A DNA stretch of 63,994 nt, counting the filler, from Intoshia linei (lineage: Eukaryota > Animalia > Orthonectida): assembly GCA_001642005.1 (NCBI GenBank). It is 7 parts of 7 records of this genome, joined end to end, with 100 filler letters (N's around TTAATTAATTAA, not from the genome) between each part and the next. Parts side by side here need not be neighbours in the genome. Positions count along the whole stretch, not along the records: positions 14,848 to 39,309 come from LWCA01000544.1; positions 39,410 to 49,492 come from LWCA01001314.1; 5 more parts are not named here. One strand, 5' to 3'. Made by a program: the position numbers and the translations under genes. The notes beneath the pieces are model-generated. The model had not been told where the DNA came from. It worked only from the letters and a program-made list of their open reading frames with translations, and ran no database searches. Shown here in pieces: positions 36,128-48,125 of this stretch (positions are counted from its first letter, which is position 1; each line of letters begins with the position of its first letter).

Positions 36128-37804
36128 TCCTAACTTATATAAAAGGCCACGCAATTTTTGTTTGTGTGTGTGTGTCTTACTTTATTGAAATAACTAACAC
36201 TCTTAAAATTTTTTAAAGACCACATTTCAATTACAGTTTTTTCTGGGGCGTATAATAAGATAAATTTCAACATCCCAATTTCACATCTTAAGGGTCAAAA
36301 ACCCCTGTTGTCCCTCTTTTTGAAAATTAAACAAGTTGGAAAATTTAAAAAAATATATACGCTGATGCGGATTTTAAAATCATAAACATTATCATAAATT
36401 TAAATTTAAAAAAATTATACCTTCATGGCCAAAACCACAAATTCCCTTCCTTTTTTTGAAAACAGCCCTAGAATTTTAAAAAAATTACAGGTGGTAGAGT
36501 TGTATCATTTTAAAATCACATAAAAAATTTCAATCCAAATAAGTGACGACTTCACGGTCAAAAAAGCATTTAATTCATATATTTTTTTCTCGCAATATTT
36601 TATTAAAACCAAAAATGTGAAATAATTAATGGTGCAAAAATTAAAAAAAAGGATTATTATAATAGAGCTTATTCCAGTTAATATAAATACAAAATTTGAA
36701 CCCCAGAAATCTACGCATTCCCGGTGAAAAATAATTTTTAATATATTATTAACCAATATTTTTCATTGATCCTAAAATTTTAAAAAAAATGTGTATTGTA
36801 CGTCTACACATTTCCAATGAAGACATATGGGTGAAAAAATCTATATAATTCATTCCTTCGGAATTTTTTTTATTGCTACGCAATTTTTAAATTTCAAATT
36901 TTTATTTTCAAAACATTTTTTATAATCTTCAAATTTTAACACTACAGCAACGAATTTATAAAATTAAATTTATATTAACTGAAACGTGTTATTTTTTTAT
37001 TGATAATTGTTACAGATTTAACATAAAATGGTAAAAAGAAAACTACATTTAGTAGCTAACAGTCTAAATTAATGAAGATGAGACGTCTCAATGAGTCTCA
37101 AAAAGAACATATCCGAAATAGGTAAGACAACAATTGTTTTTTTAATTTTTTTTAATTAATCATCATATTGTATTTATTCTGATTTACATTTAGGAAAATT
37201 TTCAGTAGACAATTCAATTTTAATATAAAACAAAAAAAAAGGCCAAAAGTATGGACACATTTTTAACATCAATAATTTTTATATTACAATCCTTCGCAAT
37301 AATGGTAAAATTCGACTGAAATATGATTACAAAGTGATGATTCCGTCAATTATTGATACACAATTGGTATTTTTAAGTATTTATTAAATTGGTACTGAAT
37401 ATGTCATCACATTGAAAATGACAAAATAGGTTTTTATAATTGTATTTTTTTTGGAATTTATGCTATTTATGACAATTTGTAGGATTGTACTGTTTTTACT
37501 TAATTTTTAATATTATACACACATTCTGTCTAATAAATTAAAAAAATGGGATAACAATTGTTTATAAAAAATCTTTACGCAAATGTTAACAAACAAAAAA
37601 TTAAGATGAAATAATTCAGTTTAAAGTAAAAAGTAATGTGATATGATGGTTCCACCTGAAACAAATTTGGGAACCATTTCTTTAAAAGATTGATAATAGT
37701 TAATAGTAGGATTTTCAACGTGAATTTATTTTTTTGGTATAGTAAAAGAGTGCCCTCAGTAGAGCTAGGTGCTGTTTGTACGTAGTACAAAACTGCCAAG
37801 CTAG
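36128..37804 (+). mobile_element. Apparently full-length non-autonomous Helitron (1677 bp)
   Basis: 5' TC; (TG)n near the 5' end; subterminal hairpin GTTTGTAC-GTA-GTACAAAAC about 10 nt before the 3' CTAG; followed by T; no TSD or TIR; more than 10 partial copies in the window. Confidence 0.8.
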
Positions 37805-38500
37805 TTACGTATAAAAGTTAATCGCAAAGTCATGTTTGCATTGCATAATAATTCGTGTACATTTTGGATTAATTTACTACTATTTTATTACTAAATATAG
37901 TGCATTTCTCATGTTTGGTGAGGAGAAACTCATCACTCTAGTGAAAAGCCAGCCATATTGTAATACCTGGAAGATAATTGTTAATAATTTGGTTTCAATG
38001 AAGACTCCCCATTCATAAAATGGATGATAAGATATGTACTTGACGAGTCGTAAAGAGATAACTGTGTTTGAAAGACTTTGTATGCAGTTAAAAAAAGTAA
38101 ACAAACACTTTATCTTTCTTAGCTTACTGTTTTTATAGTTATATCTATACAGTAAAGTTCATAAAATGAATGAAAATTTCATTTGCACAAGTTTTAACAC
38201 TTTTGTAATAGAAATCAGATAGATAAATTCGATAAACGAGGTATATTACTTACAAATGTTTATAAATTAAAATATTTAAAACGAAAATTTGTATACAACG
38301 CAATTTCATCGCATTTACATTTTTTGGAAAAATGAAAACGGTTAATTAATTAAAAACACAATAAACTGTTTCGTCTTGTTAGCGTAAATATAAATTATTT
38401 TATTGTAGTCTACTCGTTCATACAAAATATACTTTTGAAGAGAAAATAATAACAATTTAATCGTTGATTATAGACTAAGTTATTGGTTCAAACATTAGAA

Positions 38501-38653
38501 CAATGGTTCTCAAACTTGGGTCCGTGAGACCATGTTCAGGGGTCCGCAAGTTTACATAAAATTTTGAATTATTCAATTCAATATTTTCAAGTTCTCTATT
38601 ATACGAGCTATACTGTTTGAAATCCTTATATTTAAAAATTTTGAGAACCCCTG
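38501..38653. mobile_element. 153-bp hAT MITE
   Basis: CAATGGTTCTCAAA ... TTTGAGAACCCCTG with perfect TSD CATTAGAA. Confidence 0.85.
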
Positions 38654-39500
38654 CATTAGAATCTAAAGATTAGACTAAATAACGACAATGAATCACAAAT
38701 TGCGTTGTTATTTAAACTTATCCATGGTTAATATAATTGTAAAAATAATCTCTACTTGGCGGATTATATGACGTCAACTACGCGACAACATTTGTATAAC
38801 AAAGTGATGGACCTTATTAACTGTGCTTAGTAGCCAAATCACTATAACAGTTCGATGACAAGAAACAATTGCATTTCGCATTTTCGTCAAACATTATTTC
38901 AATTTTCACAAATTGCAAATTCATACATGATTTAAAATTCAACACTCATATTTCCAATTTTACCTGTATTCAAATATTTTAATTTAAACTTGTATCCGAG
39001 GTAATTTATAGTAAACATTTAATTACGTAAAATTATATTATCGATCATAATTGCGTGATTTGATGTGTATTTAAATTGAGATTTTTAAGTTATGTTTATC
39101 TTTAGATTTAAATGCACAACTCCAATTCTAACAAAGAATTCAACAGTGGTACAAAGAGACATATAAATAATAGTAATTTTTCATTTTATTACCTCAGTAT
39201 TCTGGAATTAATTTTTCATTTTTTTAAAATTTGGCAACAATTTTGGAAACATTCGTAATATTTTAAAACACAAAATGAGTTTCATTTTGAATCCTGTCTC
39301 TTATTAACANNNNNNNNNNNNNNNNNNNNNNNNNNNNNNNNNNNNNNNNNNNNTTAATTAATTAANNNNNNNNNNNNNNNNNNNNNNNNNNNNNNNNNNN
39401 NNNNNNNNNGACTCGAGATTTATCCTGATTTAAATTGGAAACTATGTCCAAAAAAGGTAAAATAAATAACGTTTATTTATTAAAATATAAATAAGAAACG

Positions 39501-40139
39501 TTACATAAAATTTGTGCTTTCATGTTTGATTTCATTATTGAACTTGTTAATCCAGTTGAAAATTTCAGTGAATGAGAGATCAATTTGATAAATGTAATTA
39601 ATGAATATATATTGACAAACTATATTCATTACCATCTTTGAAACCATACAAAACTCTGAAAATACGTAATTGGTAAGTCTTGAATGTATAACACTGTATA
39701 TTATCATTACTCCAGAATACTTTAATGTTTCCGAATCAAAATGCCCATCGAATACAATATCCAATAAGTTGATAAGAACCATCCAAAATTGTAGCAGACT
39801 GAATATCACAACCTCCAATTTGCAATAATACACTAACATCCCTAGATTTTTATAATGACGGTGCATCTGCCAGGTATCGAAGTCAAATAATTGAATTGTA
39901 GTTATTTCATTAAAATATACTAAACTTAACAAAACTATACTATTCATACACTTTATCAACAATTCCGATATAATATAGGCTCCAAAACCAATAAATTTAA
40001 TTATAACTAAATCATCATCAAACCACGAAAAATTGTCAAAAATTTTAACAGCATATTGAATAATATTGGCATGATCCATCCGGACGGTGTTAAAGTAACA
40101 CAATAAAATACTGATGGTTAGACAGAAAATCTTTGACAT
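39501..40139 (-). CDS. Intronless multi-pass membrane protein of unknown family, 212 aa
   Basis: ATG-started 639-nt ORF in stop-rich DNA with several hydrophobic segments; AATAAA lies downstream on the minus strand. Confidence 0.6.
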   Translation of the reverse strand: MSKIFCLTISILLCYFNTVRMDHANIIQYAVKIFDNFSWFDDDLVIIKFIGFGAYIISELLIKCMNSIVLLSLVYFNEITTIQLFDFDTWQMHRHYKNLGMLVYYCKLEVVIFSLLQFWMVLINLLDIVFDGHFDSETLKYSGVMIIYSVIHSRLTNYVFSEFCMVSKMVMNIVCQYIFINYIYQIDLSFTEIFNWINKFNNEIKHESTNFM

Positions 40140-40204
40140 TATTTATATTTTAAACTAAAATGAATGTAATAAGATTTGAATATAAATAAACATAAAAGCA
40201 TATA

Positions 40205-40895
40205 TCCTTATTTATATAATATGCTACACAATTTTTGTTAGTGTGTGTGTGTTCAGTTTTATTTGAATAACTAACCGTCTTATAATTTTAAATCTTTTAA
40301 AGGAGTGGTTCCCAAACTTGTTACATTATATAAAATAAAACACTAATTTCTAAAAGTTTTTCGCAAGAAATGTTGATATCTATTTTTCAGTTTCTGAATT
40401 TGAGTCCTTCAAGATTAAAACAAAATTTTCCCATTTGTTTAATTATAAAATCAACCCAAAAATTCGCGTTTTAATATCATTAACATCTTCGTAAATCTCA
40501 GCCTCAGAAACGCACACCTTCATGGTGAAAACTCAAAATTATCATTTGTTTAAAAAATTAAGTCCTAGAATATTAAAAAAAATTACAGTTGATACGGTTA
40601 TATCCAGTTTTGAGACAGAAACATATTCAATTTGCCAAGTGACGCATTCACGGTCAAAAAATCACTTTAGTATTCATTTTTTTTTAAAACTACATATATT
40701 ATATTAAAACAAAATATTTGAAATACTTAACGGTACTATAATTATAAAAAAGATTATTCTGATAAAGCTTATTTCAGTTATATATAAACACAAAATTTTA
40801 ACTACAGATATCTACGTATTCCCGGTGAAAAATAACTTTTGATAAATTATATACCAATATTTCTCACATGTTTGGATTAAAATTAAAAATACATG
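40205..40895 (+). mobile_element. Diverged 5' part of the Helitron family
   Basis: A|TCCTTATTTATATAATATGCTAC...(TG)n start, with internal blocks shared with 36128-36800. Confidence 0.6.
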
Positions 40896-41431
40896 TACAT
40901 TAGGGTGTCACCCATCAAAGAATTAAGGGCAATTAGTGCGGAAATGGTGTATTATCATGATATATAAAATAATCTAGAATGGAGTGTTGCAAGGATGCTT
41001 TAGTACTAATCAGGAGATTTAGACCGGGTACTTTAGCAAATGGTTGCTATGATCTACCGAGAATAAAAACATTCGACCATTTATCAAAAATCCGCCAGTT
41101 AAGCCCACGGAATAAATTACAGTAAATTAGAAAATGTATTTAAAATATCATCAATATTTGTCATGACTTCAGACAATATTACAATATAGAAAAGTAATAC
41201 TCCCAGTGTTAGTCTCACACTTATCGTGACTCATTGTTACAAATGCATAAAGTCTTATCATAAAAGTAGAATGGTTAACAATGTGAGCCTCAGTCATAAT
41301 AGCGGCAAAACAGCCCAAAATTTTAGCAGACAGCAATCAAAATATTAACAAAATGATAATAAAAATTTCAAAATAAACTGCAAAAATAAACATTTTATTG
41401 TCAATTAAAAGTAAAATTTATTATCGCTAAA

Positions 41432-42418
41432 ATGTGTGACGTTGTTGTTTTAACTAAAGGAGACGGTAAACTTATTAATGTATATAAATGTAGTTTGTGA
41501 ATAGGTGTCAATTTCCCGAAAAAAGGTCAAAAGGTGTCGATGCACTATACAGGTAAAAATTAATTTTATAAATCATAAGACGAGAAAACCTAACTACTAA
41601 TTTTGGTATTTATTTGTCATTTATCTTATGATATCTATTTTTTATTTTACTCCGTAATTAACATTTAAATTTGTGTTTAATCTGTTTCAAAGTATTACAT
41701 TTGTATCTTATAAAATCTAAAAATAATAAACGAGACATTTTTAACTCCAGACTAAAATCATAATTTTGATAAGTCTAAAAAATGTATATTGTCTTACACA
41801 CAATTAGATTACACATATTTATTAACACGATGCAGACTTACGTATGGCATCACAATTATATTTCTTCATTGTTCAAATAATTCTTTTTACACCAAGTTTC
41901 ATGAAAATAATGTCCAGATACTTTGATTGTCAACCTGGGATCATCAGATTTTATCGGAATGGAATTTTTGTTTGTCTACAAGTAATTTAGGAACTTTGTT
42001 GGATGGCAAAAAGTTTGATTCAAGTCGGGATCGCAATACTCCTTTTGAATTTACAGTTGGAGTTGGAAGTGTTATCAAAGGTATTTTATTGATGAAAATT
42101 AAATAAAATTGCAATTTTTATTATAATTAATAAATTTTTTAGCTTGGGATGAAAATGTTTTGAAGGTATTTACAGCATTATATAATTAATTAACTGTTTA
42201 TTCGTTATTTATATATTTTTATTTATTATTATATCATTTTTTTATGTTTATAATGAAATGGTACAATTCTCGTTAATTCTGATTTTTAGATGTCTTTAAA
42301 TGAAAGAATTCGATTAACTTGCCCTCCAGAGTATGCTTACGGCAAAAAAGGTGCAGCTGGTGTTATACCACCAAATGCTATTCTTGTATTTGACATGGAG
42401 TTGCTAAAGTTGTACTAA
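41432..42418 (+). CDS. FKBP1A: FKBP12-type peptidyl-prolyl isomerase, 107 aa; exons 41432-41465, 41505-41552, 41991-42080, 42143-42165, 42290-42418
   Basis: [52 protein letters not shown]...[30 protein letters not shown]. Entirely missed by the ORF track. Confidence 0.93.
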
Positions 42419-42670
42419 TTAAATTGTATTTATATTTTTGTGTTTACTTGACATTTTAACACTTGAGCGAAAATTGTACAAGTGTGACTTTTATTCCCGT
42501 TTCCGTTAAAATCTTTTTTAGTCGTTACTAGCTGGAAAATAGCAGAATTTTAAAAAATGTCAACCACTGATTTTGTAGTTTCTAGTGCAGACTATTATCA
42601 GATCAAAATTAATTCGATCCAATTGGTAAAAATATTTTAATAATTCTAGAAAAAGTATGAATATTTAACA

Positions 42671-43715
42671 TTAAAGTTTTGAATCAAATTCTTCTCCATA
42701 TTTTTCTATTAGATAAATAAAGGTGTCTATACTTTCCATTGTAGCAAGAGTGAGAAATGACAAACCGGAAAAAGTTGACATAATTATACACTGGTTGATA
42801 ACCAACCATACTTTACTCATCCTTACTCATCTAATCGGCAAAGTTTTTCAAGAATGTACCAAAAACAAACGTTCACATACTGAGGCTAATAAAATTGATA
42901 TATACATTAGATGTGTATTTTTTCACTTTTTTGCAAAAATACAAAAGTGCCACCTCATACGTGGAAGATGGGGTTGAATGATACACAATTATATAAAAAG
43001 AATTAAAAAAAACCCTGGGGCAAAGCACTTCAAAATATGAATAATGAGCAAAATTAAACTTATTTTGTATAGTAAATTTCATAGTAATAATTATTTCCAT
43101 AACAATTAATTTTCAATTTATATTTTTATTTATTCAGTTTTCTCATTGGAATCGGTTTTTTTATCAATTCGGCGTTTATGATTCGCTAGACAATAATTTA
43201 TACACATCTTTATAGCTATTTGTATAAAAAAATTTATATTTAAAATAATATTTTTAAGATAATTATCATATATTAGTTACTGTGAGCGATATATTGTTCA
43301 AAACTTTAGAGACAATGCCCCAGGGTTTTTTTAACAGTTGAGAGGTAAGATTGGTGCAAATTGAATATTTTCAAAATGTTCATATTGTGGAAGGGTGCAC
43401 TTTTGATATAAAAATTCGTTCACACCCCTAATATACATTTTATATTAATTTTAATATTACTCTGTCTATTAATAATTTAAAATATGATTTTTTTTCAAGT
43501 TGGTTTGTGATATATTCAGCTAGGCTTAATATATAGTCAAGTTTTTTTTCGAGACCTATATCGCCTTGTCTTTTTTACATTAACCACAATTTGAAACAGT
43601 CTACAACACGGCTACATTGAATTGACCGGTCTCCAGTGTCATACGATACATCGTAACATTTGTCTGTCTGAAATAGGTATGTGGCTGAAGCGCTGTGTGC
43701 TCTCATTAAAAGAGA
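42671..43715 (-). pseudogene. Glutamate / cysteine-sulfinate decarboxylase (GAD/CSAD/GADL1 family), last two exons, disrupted
   Basis: Exon 43461-43715 reads [44 protein letters not shown]. Exon from 42885 reads PQYVNVCFWYI...then, after a stop and frameshift, MVGYQPVYNYVNFFRFVIS. Confidence 0.85.
42907..43430 (-). mobile_element. Non-autonomous TIR element inside the decarboxylase intron
   Basis: TAGATGTGTA.. / ..TTCACACCCCTA imperfect inverted ends; inverted copy at 12420-12812. Confidence 0.6.
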
Positions 43716-43744
43716 CTAAATTTAAAATTAAATGTTCCCAATAA

Positions 43745-43940
43745 ACAATTTGGGGTGCTTTCTCCGGCGGAGGTATTAATTGTATTGTCAAAGTTGACGG
43801 TAATATAAATTCAATCAAATACCCAAGTATTTTAGAGAAAACCTCATCCCTATTCTTCCTACTAGGACGAATTGAAGAAAAATTTAGTGTTTCAACAAGA
43901 TAATGCCAGTTGTCACACGTTTCGATTAACAAAAACGACA
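43745..43940 (+). mobile_element. Tc1 transposase fragment (catalytic core)
   Basis: IWGAFSGGGINCIVKVDGNINSIKY..IL, then after a frameshift LVFQQDNASCH. Confidence 0.85.
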
Positions 43941-44559
43941 ATAAGCCAAAATAATTTATTAAAGCAAAAAAAAATTCACTGAAAAAATTTTTTACATTTT
44001 TTTATGTTAAAGTTGTGATAATTGAATTTAATAAATACAATATGATGAATTCATGTATTGGCTACAATTTGATATAATAATTAGATATATTAACGATGCG
44101 GTTTTATATATACACGCTTTTATTTACCTTATTTTCCCAATGTGACCATATGGTCACATGAAATAACTCCATAACTACAATTGGTAATAACCTAAAATTT
44201 TATATGGTGATGTAGTATAAATAGAAGTGTATATAGTAATATATAAAAGAGTATATATGTAAATAGAAATAGAAGGTGAAGTAGAAATAGGCAAGTATGT
44301 ATTAACTTTTCAAATTTTTGTAAATATCCAAGTCAAAAAATTGGAAAAATTTGTCTGGGAGTATTCGGGATAATAATAAATCTTAGTGTTGTTATAATTG
44401 TGGATACGTTATTTATTGTGATTTTAACTATTTTGGTGAGGTGAAAACCGGGAGAATTGTGCGGTGATTTTGCCGGTTGATGAAACGGTTTACAACGGTA
44501 GACAAAAAAGTAAATATAAAAGTATGTAAAGTAGTAAATCATTTATTATAACGTCTATT

Positions 44560-45783
44560 AATTTTTAAGAATAGTATATCTTTAATTATATTGGAATTAA
44601 GTTTCGTCCTCTTTGAGTTGAAAACAATTCCTAGGTCTGACACAGCTCGCTCCACATATACCTGGGAAACCAAAATGGAGAGAATGCTCTGTGCAATAAT
44701 ATTCAATTTTTTAAATTATATTGAATTATCTTTCCAAAATAACAAAATATTTGATGCTTAATTGAGTTGGACGTGTCCATTAAAATTAACAATTTCGTCT
44801 TTAATAGTTAGAATAGCATTATTCTTTTATTCAAAATAAAACCGCTCGAAATAATCATTTTCTGTTTTAAGTTTTTTTGGTTTATTCTCGTTGGTATTAT
44901 CAATATAATTAAAGTTATCTATTCCATCATCTATAAACATATGCCTTGTTTTCATATAAAACCGACGAATTAATGAAATAGCTTCAATTTTATTGACACT
45001 AATCTATTTTGTAAAGACATAATTAAAATTTCCCTTTCCCTTTTTCGCTTAATTATGTATAAGATCCTTTAAAAATTTATTATTGTTAGATATATTAAAC
45101 TCGGTTAAATATGGTTTGATATCAATTTTAAAAATCCTTTGTTTTCATACAATGCAAATGGACCGGCACCATCAACAAAAATTGATATAAGAGACTGTAC
45201 ATCATAATGTTCAGAAATGGTAATAATAATTTTCGATTTTAGCCTTGACTTCTCACACATAGGAGGGAACATTTTTTTTAAAGATTGATCTAAAGTGACA
45301 ATACTCAATTTCTTTATTTTAATATATTCCATAAGCTCTTTTTCAAATTGTTCATTATGTAAATTAGATTTTAAATGAACCCTAGCATTGTTAAGGTGTA
45401 GTGTTGAAATTTTAATGTTACAGATATCTAGACAATTTGGAGCTTTTATTCTACATTATCGTATTTTCTTTATTTTATCAATTTCAAAGTATTTCTTGAT
45501 AAACTCTAATTCACAATCTTTTTCAAATTCGTCGAATAACACCTTTCAATTTTGTAAATATGAATAATTACAAATGTATTTACAAAATGAAAAGAGCAAT
45601 GTATCGATAATAGAAAAATATCATAAAATTAATTAATTTGAAATTTATATTTTTTAAAAACCAAATCGAAAACCGCAAAAACCGTTTTTCAATTTGAACG
45701 GTGGTTGGTTGATTGAAACGATTAACCGAAAACCGCTAAAACGGCTTTAAAAATCGGTTTTTATCAATCGGTTTCCACCTCTG
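44560..45783 (-). mobile_element. Internally deleted hAT (BED-finger, Ac-like) transposon
   Basis: C-terminal LLFWKDN..FKKL.IIAQSILSILVSQVYVERAVSDLG...KRTKL; BED-like Cys/His region near 45370-45450; AAACCG subterminal repeats at 45660-45775; terminus CAGAGGTGGAAACC. Confidence 0.75.
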
Positions 45784-45799
45784 TTCTAAACATTTTGAA

Positions 45800-46372
45800 T
45801 ACAAATTTAAATAAAACCTACAAAAACGAAACTAATACAACTTTGTTAATATCATTTTTATATTTATTACAATCCTTTGCAATATTGGTAAAATTCGACT
45901 GAAATATGTTTATAAAGTGAAGATTCGGTTAATTATTGATACATAATTAGTATTTTTAAATATTTAGAAAATTGGTACTGAATATATATCATCACATTGA
46001 AAATGACAAAATTATATTTTTTGTGAAATTTATACTATTTATGACAATTTTTAGGATTAGACTGTTTTTACTTTATGTTTAATATTCTGTCTAATAAATT
46101 AAAAAAATGGGATAAAAATTGTTTTTAAAATTCTTTACGCAATATTAATAAACAAAAAATTAAGATGGAATAATTCACTTTAAATTAAAAATTAATGTGA
46201 TATGATGGTTACACCTGAAACAAGTTTGGGAACCACTTTTTTAAAAGATTGATAATAGTAAATAGTAGTATTTTTAAGTTAGATGATCAACGTGAATTCA
46301 TTTTTTTGATGGAATAAAAATGTGCCCTCGGCAGAGCTAGATGCTGTTTGTACGTTGTACATAACAGTCAAC
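45800..46372 (+). mobile_element. 3' part of the Helitron family
   Basis: Colinear with ~37280-37804, including the terminal hairpin. Confidence 0.7.
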
Positions 46373-46819
46373 ATAGTTTATATATAAAATAAGAATTGTT
46401 ACCTTGATATTCATAAACATCACCATAATGCCGATTTATAACTTCAAATTGACATCTATCACATACAAGTCGATTATCAGCATTTATCTCTTTACAATTT
46501 GAAGCTAAAAATAAAAATATAGTGTAATTTTTTTTACATAATTTTTTTATAAATATATGGTTTGGGCTATCAGAATATTTTTTATAAAGAATCCTATATT
46601 TTGTTAATAATGAATTCATACATATCAAAACAACTATTTTTTCAATTTTAGCCTACTAATGATATGCGTCATATCCCACGAAGTTACAGGAATTTTTTTA
46701 TTTCACAAATGGTTCACTGTCAAAAAAATTTCAAAACCATTGATTTCAATTATTAACTGAAAACTATCTTGTTAATATCGAGAACAAGTGCTTTATTTAT
46801 TCAGTTTTACAGTAGATGA

Positions 46820-47040
46820 AATTTTCTAGATGAGCTATACCGAACATGATTCATATGGAGAACCAATTCGAAGATTTAAAGGACAGAGATACTGTTTTAT
46901 TGCTGCCATTATTAACGAAGGAAATGGAATTGGAGAAATGTATGAATTACTCAAAACCAACAATAGACATATTTGAGGGTGGTAAAAAAGACTATCACGG
47001 AATGTTCACAAATATTTTATTGGCTGGATGAAAAAATTCT
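46820..47040 (+). mobile_element. IS630/Tc1-like (DDE) transposase fragment of an unusual family
   Basis: FLDE.Y ... KGQRYCFIAAII ... (frameshift) TIDIFEGGKKDYHGMF ... GWM. Confidence 0.65.
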
Positions 47041-47414
47041 AATAATATTCATTATTTTGAAATGTATGATTTTTTTAGTATTATGTAAAATAAATATATT
47101 TTACGCCCGTTTGAATAATTTACGGCAGATAAGAATATTTTTTCATGAATATTGGGATAATATTAAAGTTGGTAAAAGTGGATTAAGGAACATAACACTT
47201 AGGAAATTATATTATCATGTTATATAAATAGACCTTTCTTAATTTTAACTATCAAATGAAATTTTTATATTAACTCAAACTTCAAACGGACGGTAACATA
47301 TTTATAGTATAAATACAATTTAATGGAATTTTTGGAACATCTAAATCAAAATTATAAAATTCCGTTCAATTGACCTACATATTTAGTATTTATTACTGTA
47401 TTTAGTAGTTTAAA

Positions 47415-47604
47415 GTTAAAAGTAATGTGATATTACAGTTTCACGTGAAACAAGTTTAGGAACCACTCCTTTAAAGGATTGATAATAGTGAATAGTAAGA
47501 TTTTTAAGTTAGATTTTCAACGTGAATTTATTTTTTTGGTATAATAAAAATGTGCCTTACAGAGCTAGGTGCTGTTTGTACGTAGTACATAACATTCAAC
47601 TTAG
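47415..47604 (+). mobile_element. 3' tip of the Helitron family
   Basis: AGAGCTAGGTGCTGTTTGTACGTAGTACATAAC terminal hairpin block. Confidence 0.7.
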
Positions 47605-47888
47605 TCATATATATTAGGCCAATATAAATACTGTGAAATACTACTTGTAGTCCTGCATATTCCGGGATGAATAGCTAATTTTGAGTTATGAAAAAATTTT
47701 AGTACATCCTTTATTTGTCACACATGAAATACTTATATTTTCGATATTTAGTCATTATTATTTTTTACTTACCATATTATAATTTCGAAGGTAAAATATT
47801 TATTTGAATGACACTGAGAATATTTCGTAATGTAATAAATTTTACTTTTTAAAGATAATTCGAAAATATCATCAAAATTTTAAATGTG

Positions 47889-48125
47889 CTATAGTTTTGT
47901 CGCGGAGTGTACTCTCCTTTTTGAAAACAATTCAAATCTACTTTTATCAATAAAGGCTACATTTTGCCATTGGTTCATCCATACCACTTTTGCTTTACAC
48001 CATTTTAAACGCTTTGATTTGTGATTTATTTTCAGAAACAGTTTTCGACTTGCAATTCTTCCATATAATCCAAATCTATATAATACACGTTGCACCGTCT
48101 TCAAACTTTGATTTTTGATAGGCAA
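47889..48125 (-). mobile_element. Tc1 transposase fragment (Tc3-type HTH to first catalytic Asp)
   Basis: SLKTVQRVL..FGLYGRIASRK.FL...HK.KRLKWC...W.NQWQNVAFIDKSRFEL. Confidence 0.85.

Noticed and set aside
37180-37205. LHLGKF as a possible next Smad4 exon
   Set aside because: Lies within the Helitron, has no AG acceptor, and similarity does not continue.
40930-41340. Possible very degenerate gag remnant (CYKC...H)
   Set aside because: Too decayed to support by eye.
43575-43577. Stop-codon reassignment to explain in-frame TAA/TAG
   Set aside because: Intact genes (BarH, Wnt, FKBP12, sortilin-like) have no internal stops and terminate with TAA/TAG.
42723-43941. ORFs 42723-42977, 42873-43100 and 43639-43941, including a STAG-like [10 protein letters not shown] on the plus strand
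   Set aside because: Shadow frames of the decarboxylase pseudogene, the intronic TE and the Tc1 fragment.
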